From an uncultured Chloroflexia bacterium (lineage in GTDB: Bacteria > Chloroflexota > Limnocylindria > Limnocylindrales > CSP1-4), in contig CAVYBU010000003.1 in assembly GCA_963766735.1 (NCBI GenBank), forward strand, positions 96,001-160,000: a DNA stretch of 64,000 nucleotides, read 5' to 3'. A program made the translations under genes and the position numbers. Numbering within the stretch: the first letter of the stretch is position 1; the number at the start of each line of letters is the position of its first letter. Below the pieces are notes generated by a model that was not told the origin of the DNA, ran no database searches, and saw only the letters and a list, made by a program, of their open reading frames with translations. Positions 18,326 through 34,106 of the stretch are shown here, one piece after another.

Positions 18326-19451
18326 TCAGGCGTCCCCGTCGTCGTCCGCCGAGGGCGGGCGCCCGGTGGCCACCCGCTCCAGTTCGGCCTGCATGAAGGC
18401 GTCGAGGTCTCCGTCCAGCGTGGCACCCGTGTTGGACGTCTCGTGCCCGGACCGCAGGTCCTTGACCATCTGGTACGGATGCAGGACGTAGGAACGGATC
18501 TGGTTGCCCCAGCCGGCGGTCACGTGCTCGCCGCGGAGCTTGCGCAGGTCCTCCTCGCGCTTCTCCAGCTCCAGCTCCAGGAGCCGGGACTTGAGGACGC
18601 GGATCGCGATCTCGCGGTTCTGGGTGGCGGAGCGCTCGTTCTGGCACGCGACGACGATCCCGGTGGGGATGTGCGTCAGCCGGATGGCGGACTCCGTCTT
18701 CTGGACGTGCTGGCCGCCGGCGCCCGAGGAGCGGAACGTGTCAGTCCGGATCTCGTCCCAGTTGAGCTCGATCTCGACGTCCTCGTCCGCCTCCGGCATG
18801 ACCTCGATCAGGGCGAACGTGGTCTGGCGCCGCTTCTGGGCGTCGTATGGGCTGATCCGCACGAGGCGGTGGACGCCGCGCTCCACGCGCAGCCAGCCAT
18901 AGACGAACCGGCCGTTGATCTCGATCGTGGCGCTCTTGATACCGGCCTGCTCACCCTCAAGGGAGTCGATGATGGTGGTCCTGAAGCGGTGGCGCTCGGC
19001 CCAGCGGAGGTACATCCGGAGGAGCATCTCCGCCCAGTCCGTGGCCTCCGTCCCGCCCGCGCCGGCGCTGATCGTCAGCACCGCGTTCTTGGCGTCGTAC
19101 TCGCCGGAGAACAGCAGGAGCGTGCGCTCACGCTCGAATTCGGCGCGGAGGGCGTCTGCCTCGCGCTCGACATCGCTCTCGGTCTCCGGATCGGGCGATT
19201 CCTGGAGCAGGTCCAGGAGCTCCTCCAGGTCGCCGGCGCGCTTCTCGAGCGAGCGCCACAGAGCGATCTCCTGGCGCAGCCACTCGGCCTCGCGGGTCAC
19301 CTTCTGGGCGGCCCGCTGATCGTCCCAGAAGTCGGGCTCGGTCGCGCGAGCGTCGAGTTCCGCGACGCGTGCTTCCTTGGCGGCTAGGTCAAAGCCGCCC
19401 CGAGGTCGACCGAATCCGCTCCGCCAGGTCGCGCGTGGACGTGGCGTCCAC
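18326..19451 (-). CDS. prfB: Peptide chain release factor 2, translated via +1 programmed frameshift
   Basis: GAGGTEA.DW, GVHRLVRISPY, GAGGQHV, GWGNQIRSY. The first frame (GTG 19451) ends CTT TGA C; the +1 frame continues DLAAKEAR..PDFWDD. Confidence 0.96.
19388..19401 (-). promoter_or_regulatory. prfB autoregulatory +1 frameshift site
   Basis: GGGGCGG CTT TGA C: SD-like element followed by the slippery CTT-TGA-C. Confidence 0.93.
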
Positions 19452-19675
19452 TAGGCGCGCACCTGGAGATCCTGGAGCAGGATCGGACGGAGTTCGATCA
19501 ACCGCAGGGCTGTCTTGCTCCGGGCGACGACGGGGTTCACGCAGGGGCAGTAGGAGTTGTGGGTGCAGACACCACAGTTGCCATCGCAGTCGAGGGCAGC
19601 GGCATAGCTGCAGGACCGGCAGTCCCGTTCGCAAGCGATGAGATCCACGAACTGGGCTTCTTCGGCCTGCTTCAC
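19451..19675 (-). CDS. Small Cys-rich hypothetical protein (74 aa; two CX3CX2C motifs plus CPC)
   Basis: RBS GAGAGAGGGAG before GTG 19675 (alternative ATG 19696); TAG overlaps the prfB start (TAGTG). Confidence 0.75.
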   Translation of the reverse strand: MKQAEEAQFVDLIACERDCRSCSYAAALDCDGNCGVCTHNSYCPCVNPVVARSKTALRLIELRPILLQDLQVRA

Positions 19676-19801
19676 GGCTCCCTCTCTCTGGTCCATCGGT
19701 TGTCGGTCGAGCGTGACGGATCGGGACGGAAACGCCGCGAGGAGCTCAGGGCAATGCTTGGGGCTCGGCGTCTATCCCTGGGTGTCGAAGGACTTGGCCC
19801 G

Positions 19802-19830
19802 AGTATAGGAGAGGGCTCCGTGCATTCCAA
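19802..19830 (-). promoter_or_regulatory. Sigma70-type promoter TTGGAA-N17-TATACT for the Cys-rich gene/prfB unit
   Basis: -35 at 19825-19830, -10 at 19802-19807, 17-nt spacer. Confidence 0.65.
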
Positions 19831-19984
19831 GAGGGGGAATCGGTTTCCGGCGGCCAAAATCGATCATTTGGGGTCGTTTGCCCGTGGATTCCGGTGTCCA
19901 TCGCGAACGTTCACGGGATTCGACCCCACGAGAGAGTCTCCGGGCTCGCTCGAGGCGGCGGTTCGGCCGCGGTTGGGCCGGGAC

Positions 19985-20587
19985 TCAGCCCCCCGTCTGT
20001 TCGACCGCCGGAGCCCCGGCCGAGAGGAAGTACAGGCCCAGGGCGCCGAGTTCGTGGAGCAGCGCGCTCGCCGTCCGGACCGGGTCACCGGCAATAGGCG
20101 ACGTTGTCGTGGGCGACCCCCACGCTTCGATGCCCAGGTCATCCGCGATCCGGAGAGCCCGCAGCATGTGCGTCGGATCGGACACGACCACCGCCGTCCG
20201 CAGGTCGCGCGCCCGCATCTGCCCAGCAACGACCGCGAGGGAGTCGAGCGTGTTGTGGGCCTCGTCCTCGCCGAAGATGGCGCTCTCCGGGACCCCGTTG
20301 GCGATCGCGTACTCGCGGGCGACGGCGGCCTCCGTGGTCCGGTCGCCCGGCAGCTTGCCACCCGTCACCACGAACCAGGGGGCGACCCCCTCCTTCCAGA
20401 GCGCGACAGCATGCTCCAGCCGGGCCTCGAGCACGGGCGATGGCCGGCCGTCGTACTGGGCCGCACCGAGGACGATGACCGCATCGACCGATCGCCGCTC
20501 GTCCGTGCCTCCCTGCTGCCAGATACGGAGGGTGGCGAAGCCGGCCGCGAGCACGATCGCCAGGCCGCCGGCAAGGATCAGGCGCAT
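19985..20587 (-). CDS. YdcF/DUF218 family protein
   Basis: N-terminal TM, DAVIVLGAA, ARL, VTGG, TEA, NT..S, VSDPTHMLRA. Confidence 0.88.
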   Translation of the reverse strand: MRLILAGGLAIVLAAGFATLRIWQQGGTDERRSVDAVIVLGAAQYDGRPSPVLEARLEHAVALWKEGVAPWFVVTGGKLPGDRTTEAAVAREYAIANGVPESAIFGEDEAHNTLDSLAVVAGQMRARDLRTAVVVSDPTHMLRALRIADDLGIEAWGSPTTTSPIAGDPVRTASALLHELGALGLYFLSAGAPAVEQTGG

Positions 20588-20610
20588 CACATCCCGGGTC
20601 CGGGCGGGGG

Positions 20611-23646
<3,036 letters not shown>

Positions 23647-23706
23647 GGCCGGCTGAGTATAGGGTGCGTGCGCGGGAGCCCCCTTCGGGGCGCTCGCCCG
23701 GGCCGT

Positions 23707-23907
23707 CTACTTCTCGGCGGGGACCTCGATCACCGCCGGCTCGGGCGCCGGAACGGCCATCCCGTCCTTGGCCCACACCGTGCCGCCGTTCCAGCCGGCG
23801 GACACGGTGGCGCCGTTGGGGAAGGCCAGGGAGACGAGGGCGGCAGCTGCGAAGACAAGCACGGTACCGAGGCCGAGGACTCCTGAGACGATGAAGCCGG
23901 CGCGCAT
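23707..23907 (-). CDS. Small membrane-anchored hypothetical protein (66 aa)
   Basis: RBS GGAGGAGG; N-terminal hydrophobic helix. Confidence 0.65.
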   Translation of the reverse strand: MRAGFIVSGVLGLGTVLVFAAAALVSLAFPNGATVSAGWNGGTVWAKDGMAVPAPEPAVIEVPAEK

Positions 23908-24050
23908 CAGTGGGCCTCCTCCCGGGCGGGCAATGCGACGGGGACGCTGGCCTGCAGCCTGACCACCGGGACCGTCAGGATGTCTGGAGCGCCAGAGGCG
24001 AAGGCAGTCGCCTCGCCCAGGATGCCGGGGCAGATGAGGATCCGCTGCAT
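23907..24050 (-). CDS. Putative 47-aa hypothetical protein, possibly a degenerate paralog of the downstream gene
   Basis: MQRILICPGILGEATAFA...EEAH*; GGGGA before the ATG; TGATG overlap with the next gene. Confidence 0.4.
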   Translation of the reverse strand: MQRILICPGILGEATAFASGAPDILTVPVVRLQASVPVALPAREEAH

Positions 24051-24093
24051 GGTGGTCCCCGGACGCCGGGTGCCGCGATCGGGTTCCCGGTTC

Positions 24094-24348
24094 CTACAGG
24101 CTCCAGAAGCCAGAGCCGTAGCCGGCCACGATGACCACGAAGGTGATCAGCGCGAGCACACCCCAGAACGCGACCGAGCGCGTGGACGAGGTGGGGTTCA
24201 TCTCCGGGTTCGCGAGGCCGGGCAGCATGCCGCCCTTGAGCGCCGCGCCCCAGCGCGAGGAGCGGAGCTCGCTCCGCCAGTCCTTGTCCGGCGCGTTCCG
24301 GACCTCGAGGCCGCCCTTGCCGTCCGGGCGGTGCAGCTGCAGGCTCAT
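24094..24348 (-). CDS. Small hypothetical protein with C-terminal TM helix (84 aa)
   Basis: RBS GGAG; VAFWGVLALITFVVIVAGYG hydrophobic segment; directly follows prs. Confidence 0.7.
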   Translation of the reverse strand: MSLQLHRPDGKGGLEVRNAPDKDWRSELRSSRWGAALKGGMLPGLANPEMNPTSSTRSVAFWGVLALITFVVIVAGYGSGFWSL

Positions 24349-24372
24349 AGGTCTCCGTGTGGTGGCGGGCGC

Positions 24373-25464
24373 TCAGACGCCGGCCGGTGCGGGTGTGACT
24401 GATGGTACGCCGTCCGCGGCTGGCTCCGGGACGCTGGCCTGGTTGTCGTCCATGTCGTCCCACAGGAGCATCTCCTGGGTGAACGAGACCTCCGAGGAGA
24501 ACAGCGCTCCCACGGACTCGCCGCGGTGGATGCGCCTGATCGCCTCCCCGATGAGGGGCGCCACAGAGAGCACCTTGATCTTGGGGATGCGTCGCTCGAG
24601 CGCAAGCGGGATCGTGTCGGTGATGACGACTTCGGCCACGTTCGCGTTCGCGATCCGCTCGATCGCCGGCTCGGACAGGACGCCGTGGGTGGCGCAGGCG
24701 TAGATCTCGTGAACACCCTCACGTTCGAGGGCGCGGGTGATCTCGATCAGGGTGCCGGCGGTGTCGATCTCGTCGTCCACGATGATCGCGCGACGCCCGC
24801 GGACCTCGCCGATGACGTTGATCACCTCCGCGCGGTCCATGTTGCCGTGGCGCCGCTTCTCCACGATCGCCAGCGGGGCGTCGAGAAGCTCGGCGAACGT
24901 CCGGGCGCGCTTGGCGAATCCGAGGTCCGTCACGACCACGCAATCCTCGATCTTGCGGTCGAGGAAATGCCGACTGAGCATGTGGACCGCGGTCAGCTCA
25001 TCCACGGGGATGTTGAAGAACCCCTGGATCTGGCCCTGGTGGAGATCCATCGTCAGCATCCGGTCCGCGCCTGCCACCGAGATCATGTCGGCGACCAGGC
25101 GGGCGGTAATCGGGACCCGGGGCTGGTCCTTCTTGTCGGAGCGGCCGTAGGCGTAGTACGGGACCACGGCGGTGATCCGCCCGGCCGATGCCCTCTTGAA
25201 GGCGTCGATCATGATCAGGAGTTCCATGATCGACTGGTTGACGGGCCGCGACGTGGGCTGGACCACGAACACGTCCTTCTCGCGCACGTTGTCGATGATC
25301 CGGACGAAGATGTTCTCGTTCGCGAACTGGAACACCTCGGCCTTGCCCGGCGTGCCCCCCAGCCAGCGCGAGATCTTCCGGGCCAGCTCCGGGTTGGCGT
25401 TGCCGTGGTAGATCTCGAACTGATCCGCGTACACGCCAGCCTCCCGTGCGCCGAAGGCGGTCAC
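24373..25464 (-). CDS. prs: Ribose-phosphate pyrophosphokinase
   Basis: [54 protein letters not shown]. Confidence 0.97.
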   Translation of the reverse strand: MTAFGAREAGVYADQFEIYHGNANPELARKISRWLGGTPGKAEVFQFANENIFVRIIDNVREKDVFVVQPTSRPVNQSIMELLIMIDAFKRASAGRITAVVPYYAYGRSDKKDQPRVPITARLVADMISVAGADRMLTMDLHQGQIQGFFNIPVDELTAVHMLSRHFLDRKIEDCVVVTDLGFAKRARTFAELLDAPLAIVEKRRHGNMDRAEVINVIGEVRGRRAIIVDDEIDTAGTLIEITRALEREGVHEIYACATHGVLSEPAIERIANANVAEVVITDTIPLALERRIPKIKVLSVAPLIGEAIRRIHRGESVGALFSSEVSFTQEMLLWDDMDDNQASVPEPAADGVPSVTPAPAGV

Positions 25465-28028
25465 GCCCGACTTTGGCCCGAGTCCGCCGGATCGCCACCG
25501 GTGGGCTGGGGCTCGTCATTGTCCTCGATCCCACCCCGCTCCGCCAGTCCCGCCCGGAAGGCCGCGATCGCGACCACCCTGTCGTCGTCGGCGAGCCGCA
25601 TGACGATCACGCCGCGCGCCGCCGCGGAGTAGCGGTTGATGGAGTTGGTCTCGGTCCGGATGACCTGGCCGTAGGACGAGATCAGCAGCAGCTCCTCGTC
25701 CTCGGGGGTGACCTGCTGGACCGCCGCGACGAGCCCCGTCTTCCGACCCTCGAGTGCGATCAGCCGGACTCCCTGGCCGCCGCGATGCTTGCGCCGGAAC
25801 TCCGGCAGCCCCACGCGCTTGCCGTAGCCGGTCTCGGTGAGGACCAGGAGATCGGTCTCCGGCTGCACGACGCTCATCGAGACCACCGCGTCGCCCTGCC
25901 GGGCCAGCCTGATCGCGATGACGCCGGCCGCGTCCCTCCCCATCGCCCGGACCTCCCCCTCTGAGAACCGCGCGAGCATGCCCTGCGCGGTGGCGATGAT
26001 CACGTCATCCTCGCCGCTGGACACGTCGACCCACGCCAGCTCGTCGCCGTCGGCGATCGTGATGGCCCGGATGCCGGTCGATCGGACACGCTCGAACTGC
26101 TCGAGCGGGGTCTTCTTGATGATCCCGCTCCGGGTGGCCATGACCAGGTAGTGGCCCGGCCCGAAGTCAGGCAGGCAGATGGTCGCCACCGGCACCTCGC
26201 CGGACTCCACCTGGACGCCCGGCAGGTTGATGATCGCCATGCCCTTGGCCTGGCGGGACGCGTCCGGGATGGCGTGCACCTTGGCCGAGAACACGCGACC
26301 ACGGTTGGTGAAGAACAGCGCCCAGTCGTGCGTGTTCGCCGCCAGGAGGTGCTCGACCGCGTCCTCCTCGCGAGTGACGTGTCCGATGATTCCCTTGCCA
26401 CCACGGTGCTGGCGGCGATAGGTGGCGACCGGCTGGCGCTTGATGTACCCGCGGCGGCTGATCGTGACGACGACGTCCTCGTCGGCGATCAGGTCCTCGT
26501 CGGTCAGCTCGCGGTTGGAGTCCTCGACGACGCGCGTCCGCCGCTCGCCGGCGTACTTCCGCTTGAGCTCGGTGAGCTCGTCCTTGATGATGGCCAGGAC
26601 GCGCTGCGGGTTGGCCAGGATGTCCTCCAGCTCCGCGATGAGCTGGATGACCGCGAGGTACTCGTCCTCGATCTTCTGGCGCTCGAGGGCCGCGAGGCGG
26701 GCGAGGCGCATGTCCAGGATCGCCTGCGCCTGCAGCTCCGAGAGCCCGAACCGGTCCATGAGGTTGTGGCGGGCCGTCTCGACGTCCGCGGACTCGCGAA
26801 TGGTCTTGATGACCGCATCGAGGTTGTCCAGTGCGATCTTGAGGCCTTCGAGGATGTGGGCCCGTGCGCGCGCCTTCTCGAGGTCGAATTCGGTCCGGCG
26901 CCGGACGATCTCGCGCCGGTGATCCACGTAGTGGGTCAGGACGGCCTTGAGCGGGAGGGTCTGCGGCTGCCCATCCACCAGCGCGAGCATGTTCAGGTTG
27001 AAGGCCATCTGCAGCGACGTGTGCTTGAACAGGTTGTTCAGCACCTTGTGCGGGTTGGCGTCCCGCTTGATCTCGATGTAGATCCGCATCCCATCGCGGT
27101 CGGACTCGTCCCGGAGGTCAGCGATGCCGTCGATCTTCTTGTCCTTGACCAGGTCGGCGATCTTCTCGAGCAACGTCGCCTTGTTCACCTGGTACGGCAG
27201 CTCGGTGACGATGATCGCCGTCCGGTCGAGGCGGGTCTCCTCGAACGCGACCTGTGCCCGCATGACCACGCGCCCGTGCCCGTGCGCATACATCTCGCGG
27301 ATGGCGTCGATGGTCTCGTGCTCACCGCTGAACGTGTTGCGCCGGGTCTCGAACCGGAAGATGGAGCCGCCGGTCGGGAAGTCCGGACCCCTGACGTACC
27401 GGCACAGGTCGTCGTTGGTGATGCCCGGGTCCTCGATGATGGCCATCGTGGCGTCCGCGATCTCGCCCAGGTGGTGAGGCGGGATGTTGGTGGCCATGCC
27501 CACCGCGATGCCCGAGGACCCGTTGATCAGCAGGTTCGGGAGCTTGGCCGGCAGGACCGTCGGCTGCTTCTGGGTGCCGTCGTAGTTGTCGACGTAATCG
27601 ACGGTGTCCTTGTCGATGTCGGCCAGCATCTCCGCGGAGATCGCCGTGAGGCGGGCCTCCGTGTACCGCATCGCGGCGGCGGAATCGCCGTCGATGGAGC
27701 CGAAGTTGCCCTGGCCGTCCACGAGCGGGTAGCGGAGGGAGAAGTCCTGGGCCAGCCGGACCAGGGCGTCGTACAACGCCACGTCGCCGTGCGGGTGGTA
27801 CTTGCCCATCACCTCGCCGACGATGGCCGCGCACTTGCGGTAGGAGCTCGTGGCGGAGAGCCCCATCTCGCCCATCGTGTACAGGATTCGCCGGTGGACG
27901 GGCTTGAGGCCGTCCCGGACGTCCGGAAGCGCGCGCGAGACGATGACGCTCATCGCGTAGTCGAGGTACGAGACGCGCATCTCGTCCTCGATGTGGATCG
28001 CTCGGACGTTGCCCAGGTCGTCGGTCAC
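25461..28028 (-). CDS. gyrA: DNA gyrase subunit A
   Basis: [37 protein letters not shown], GyrA box QHRGGKG. Confidence 0.98.
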   Translation of the reverse strand: MTDDLGNVRAIHIEDEMRVSYLDYAMSVIVSRALPDVRDGLKPVHRRILYTMGEMGLSATSSYRKCAAIVGEVMGKYHPHGDVALYDALVRLAQDFSLRYPLVDGQGNFGSIDGDSAAAMRYTEARLTAISAEMLADIDKDTVDYVDNYDGTQKQPTVLPAKLPNLLINGSSGIAVGMATNIPPHHLGEIADATMAIIEDPGITNDDLCRYVRGPDFPTGGSIFRFETRRNTFSGEHETIDAIREMYAHGHGRVVMRAQVAFEETRLDRTAIIVTELPYQVNKATLLEKIADLVKDKKIDGIADLRDESDRDGMRIYIEIKRDANPHKVLNNLFKHTSLQMAFNLNMLALVDGQPQTLPLKAVLTHYVDHRREIVRRRTEFDLEKARARAHILEGLKIALDNLDAVIKTIRESADVETARHNLMDRFGLSELQAQAILDMRLARLAALERQKIEDEYLAVIQLIAELEDILANPQRVLAIIKDELTELKRKYAGERRTRVVEDSNRELTDEDLIADEDVVVTISRRGYIKRQPVATYRRQHRGGKGIIGHVTREEDAVEHLLAANTHDWALFFTNRGRVFSAKVHAIPDASRQAKGMAIINLPGVQVESGEVPVATICLPDFGPGHYLVMATRSGIIKKTPLEQFERVRSTGIRAITIADGDELAWVDVSSGEDDVIIATAQGMLARFSEGEVRAMGRDAAGVIAIRLARQGDAVVSMSVVQPETDLLVLTETGYGKRVGLPEFRRKHRGGQGVRLIALEGRKTGLVAAVQQVTPEDEELLLISSYGQVIRTETNSINRYSAAARGVIVMRLADDDRVVAIAAFRAGLAERGGIEDNDEPQPTGGDPADSGQSRA

Positions 28029-28060
28029 GTGGTGGAGCTCCTCCGGTCGGTCAGGTCAGG

Positions 28061-29052
28061 TCAGGATCGGACAACGATGGGGCGTTCGGACGGCGGGACG
28101 CCGACGCCGAGGCCCAGGAAGTCGGCGGCGGTCGCCGAGGCGCGGGATGTCGAAGGCGCGCCGGGCCGCTTGCGGATGCCGGCGAGGGTGGCACCGAGCT
28201 CGGCCGCCACATCGGGAGGGATCTTCTCGAACGTGTTGCGGATCACCCACGCGCTGTGACCGTCGGACGTGGCCGCGGCGCGCCTGGCCGCCGTGCGCAG
28301 GAACGCGACGGTGGCGGGCTGGTCGATCAGGGCCATGGAGCGGAGCGCCCATGCGAGGGCCTTCTGGACGTCCGGCTCTGCCTCGCCCAGCAGGTCGCCG
28401 ACCAGGGACAGGCCGCGGCGCGCGACCTCCGGTGTACGGCCCGCGGTCCGGTCGGTGAACGGGATGGTGGCGACCGTCGAGCCGACGAGGCGGCGTTCCC
28501 AGCGGGACGGCGAGTAAACGAGCTGCTCGAGCTCGGCCCAGCGGTACGACTCGGCGAGGACTCCGCGGCCCGCGGCATGGGCGAGGGTGTCCACGGTGAT
28601 CCAGTCTCCGGCCGTCCTCGCTTCTGCGCGCACGAGCTGCCAGGTCCGCTCGGGCTCGGCGGCGATCGTGCGCTCCAGGATCTCGAACGCGAGCCAGTGC
28701 ATCTCGAGAGGCTCCTCACGAAGGAGCCGCTCGGCGAGGTCGAGCAGGACGGCACTGCGGTCCTGGCGCGTGGTGGAGCGGAGCCCGCGGCCGACGGCAT
28801 GAAGCAGCGGGCCCCGGACGCCCAGGACGGTTCCGATGCCGGGAGCCACCCTGTCGATGCCCTGCCGGTACTCGGGGTCCGCGAGGTCCTCCAGGCCGCG
28901 GCGAACGATCTCCACCGCGGCGTCCGGATCCGGCGCGACATCGCCTGCTGCGCGGCCTATGGCCACGGCGTGGGGCGTCCGCTCGGCGACCAGGGAGCGG
29001 GCTCGCGCTGTGGTGGCGCTCGGCACACCGACGCCCGCCGGGGTGGGTGACG

Positions 29053-29056
<4 letters not shown>
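28061..29056 (-). CDS. DNA alkylation repair (AlkD-like, helical-repeat) family protein
   Basis: LGVR.P.L, DW.TVD, W.RR, DVQKALAWALR motifs. Confidence 0.75.
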
Positions 29057-32420
<3,364 letters not shown>

Positions 32421-32424
<4 letters not shown>

Positions 32425-33236
32425 GCGACGGCTCCGGCGACGACCGATGCCGGCACCTCGACCCGCTCGAACGCTCCACGGCGGGTGCGGATCTCCCTGG
32501 CAAGGCGCGCGTAGGCGTCGGCCCCCTTGGAATCCGGCCGGTAGAGCGCGATCGGGAGCCCGTGGCTCGGCGCCTCGGACAGCCGCACGCTGCGCGGGAC
32601 GATCGTCTCGAAGACGGCCCCGTGCAGGTGGCGGCGGACCTCGGCAGCAACCTCGGAGGACAGGTTCGTGCGGGCATCGAACATCGTGAGCACAACGCCC
32701 GTGATCTCGAGATCGGGGTTCAGGTGGTCTCGGACGAGGTTGATGGTCGCGATGAGCTGCGTGAGCCCCTCGAGCGCGTAGTACTCGCACTGGATCGGGA
32801 CGAGCACGGCGTCCGCGCCGGTCAACGCGTTGACCGTGAGCAGGCCCAGGGATGGCGGGCAGTCGATGAGGATCCAGTCCCAGGCAGCCCTCTCCTGCTC
32901 CACGGCCCGGCTGAGACGGCGCTCGCGTCCGGCGACGGGCGCCAACTCCACCTCGGCGCCGGCCAGCGAGATGGACGAGGGAACCAGCCGGAGACCGCCC
33001 ACCGGCGTGGCGACGTGCAGTTCCGAGAGCGGGCGCCCGTCGATGAGCGCGTCGTAGACCGACCCCGCGACGGCGGCACGATCGATGCCAAAGCCGCTCG
33101 TGGCGTTGCCTTGGGGATCGAGATCGATGACGAGGACGCGGTCACCGAGGAGAGCGAGATAGGTTGCGAGATTGACCACCGTCGTGGTTTTCCCGACGCC
33201 GCCCTTCTGGTTCGTGCAGGCGATCGTCCGGCCCAC
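32421..33236 (-). CDS. parA: Chromosome partitioning ATPase ParA/Soj
   Basis: NQKGGVGKTT, DLDPQGNAT, IDCPPSLG, QCEYYALEG, LSEAPSHG. Confidence 0.97.
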
Positions 33237-33384
33237 TCAGCCTCCCGCTCCAATCATTCCCATGAAGGTCAATTCTAGCATCGGAGGCCCGATTCTCGAT
33301 CGACCGAGCCCCTCCGCCGCGGTCCCCATGGTGCCGTCGTCCGCTTATCGTCCACTTACCCCGACCCCAGGCACCCGGTCGCGA

Positions 33385-33400
33385 TGTTTCACGTGCAACA
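33385..33400. promoter_or_regulatory. parS: parS site 1
   Basis: TGTTTCACGTGCAACA, 15/16 match to consensus TGTTTCACGTGAAACA, upstream of parAB. Confidence 0.9.
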
Positions 33401-33455
33401 GTGGAACCGGGCGCCTGATTGCGGACGTCCCGTCGGGCGACCAGCCCGGTCGCGA

Positions 33456-33471
33456 TGTTTCACGTGCAACA
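33456..33471. promoter_or_regulatory. parS: parS site 2
   Basis: Identical TGTTTCACGTGCAACA, 71 bp after site 1. Confidence 0.9.
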
Positions 33472-33605
33472 TGCAGTGGGCGTGACGATTGCTGGTTCCG
33501 GGGTCGCGTGGGATACTCACCAAGCGCAAGCTGTCACCCCGTCGTCGCGGTCGCCACCCGCCTGCACCCGACCGTCGGCTCGTCAGCCGAGGATCGAACG
33601 CCCCC

Positions 33606-34106
33606 ATGCATCTCATCATTGCCGCGGCTGCCGCGGTAGTCGCCGCGCTCGCCGAGTTCACGATCGTTCCCTACCTCCAGATCGGTGATGCCACCCTGCA
33701 CCCGGTCCTCGTCTTCGGGGTCATCTGGGCTCTCGCCGGGGGACTCGAAGCCGGTCTTGTCTGGGCCTTCGTCGGAGGCCTGGCGCTCGACATCCTGGGC
33801 CAGCGACCGCTCGGCTCGTCCGCATTCTCGGCTCTCATCGCCATCGGGATCGCCTCCCTCGTCGGCGGCCTCCTCAGCCGCGCACGGATCATCGCCCCCG
33901 TCATCGTCACGCCGATCGCGAGCATCGTCTACTCCATGCTTCTCCTCCTGACCACCACAGCCCTGACCAACGTGCCGCTCTCGAGCGAGGCGCTCAACGT
34001 CGTGGTTCCGTCTGCCGTGTACGACACGGTGCTCGCCGCACTGGTTGGCCCGCTTGTCGTGGCCATCGTCTGGCGCCGCCGCGAGGCCGAACGGGTGGAC
34101 TGGTGA
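33606..34106 (+). CDS. mreD: Rod shape-determining protein MreD
   Basis: Multi-TM protein, GLVWAFVGGLALD...PLG motif; overlaps the start of mrdA. Confidence 0.85.
   Translation: MHLIIAAAAAVVAALAEFTIVPYLQIGDATLHPVLVFGVIWALAGGLEAGLVWAFVGGLALDILGQRPLGSSAFSALIAIGIASLVGGLLSRARIIAPVIVTPIASIVYSMLLLLTTTALTNVPLSSEALNVVVPSAVYDTVLAALVGPLVVAIVWRRREAERVDW

Noticed and set aside
19389-19391. In-frame TGA as selenocysteine or pseudogene lesion in prfB
   Set aside because: The context is the canonical CTT-TGA-C RF2 frameshift site.
19912-19932. GGGGTCGAATCCC on the minus strand, resembling a tRNA T-arm
   Set aside because: No matching acceptor stem, D-arm or CCA could be built.
28044-28068. GGTCA short tandem repeat before gyrA
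   Set aside because: About three 5-bp units; too short to support a function.
33237-33605. parA-mreD intergenic region as oriC
   Set aside because: No cluster of TTATCCACA boxes or AT-rich unwinding element was seen, and dnaA is absent; only the parS sites are supported.
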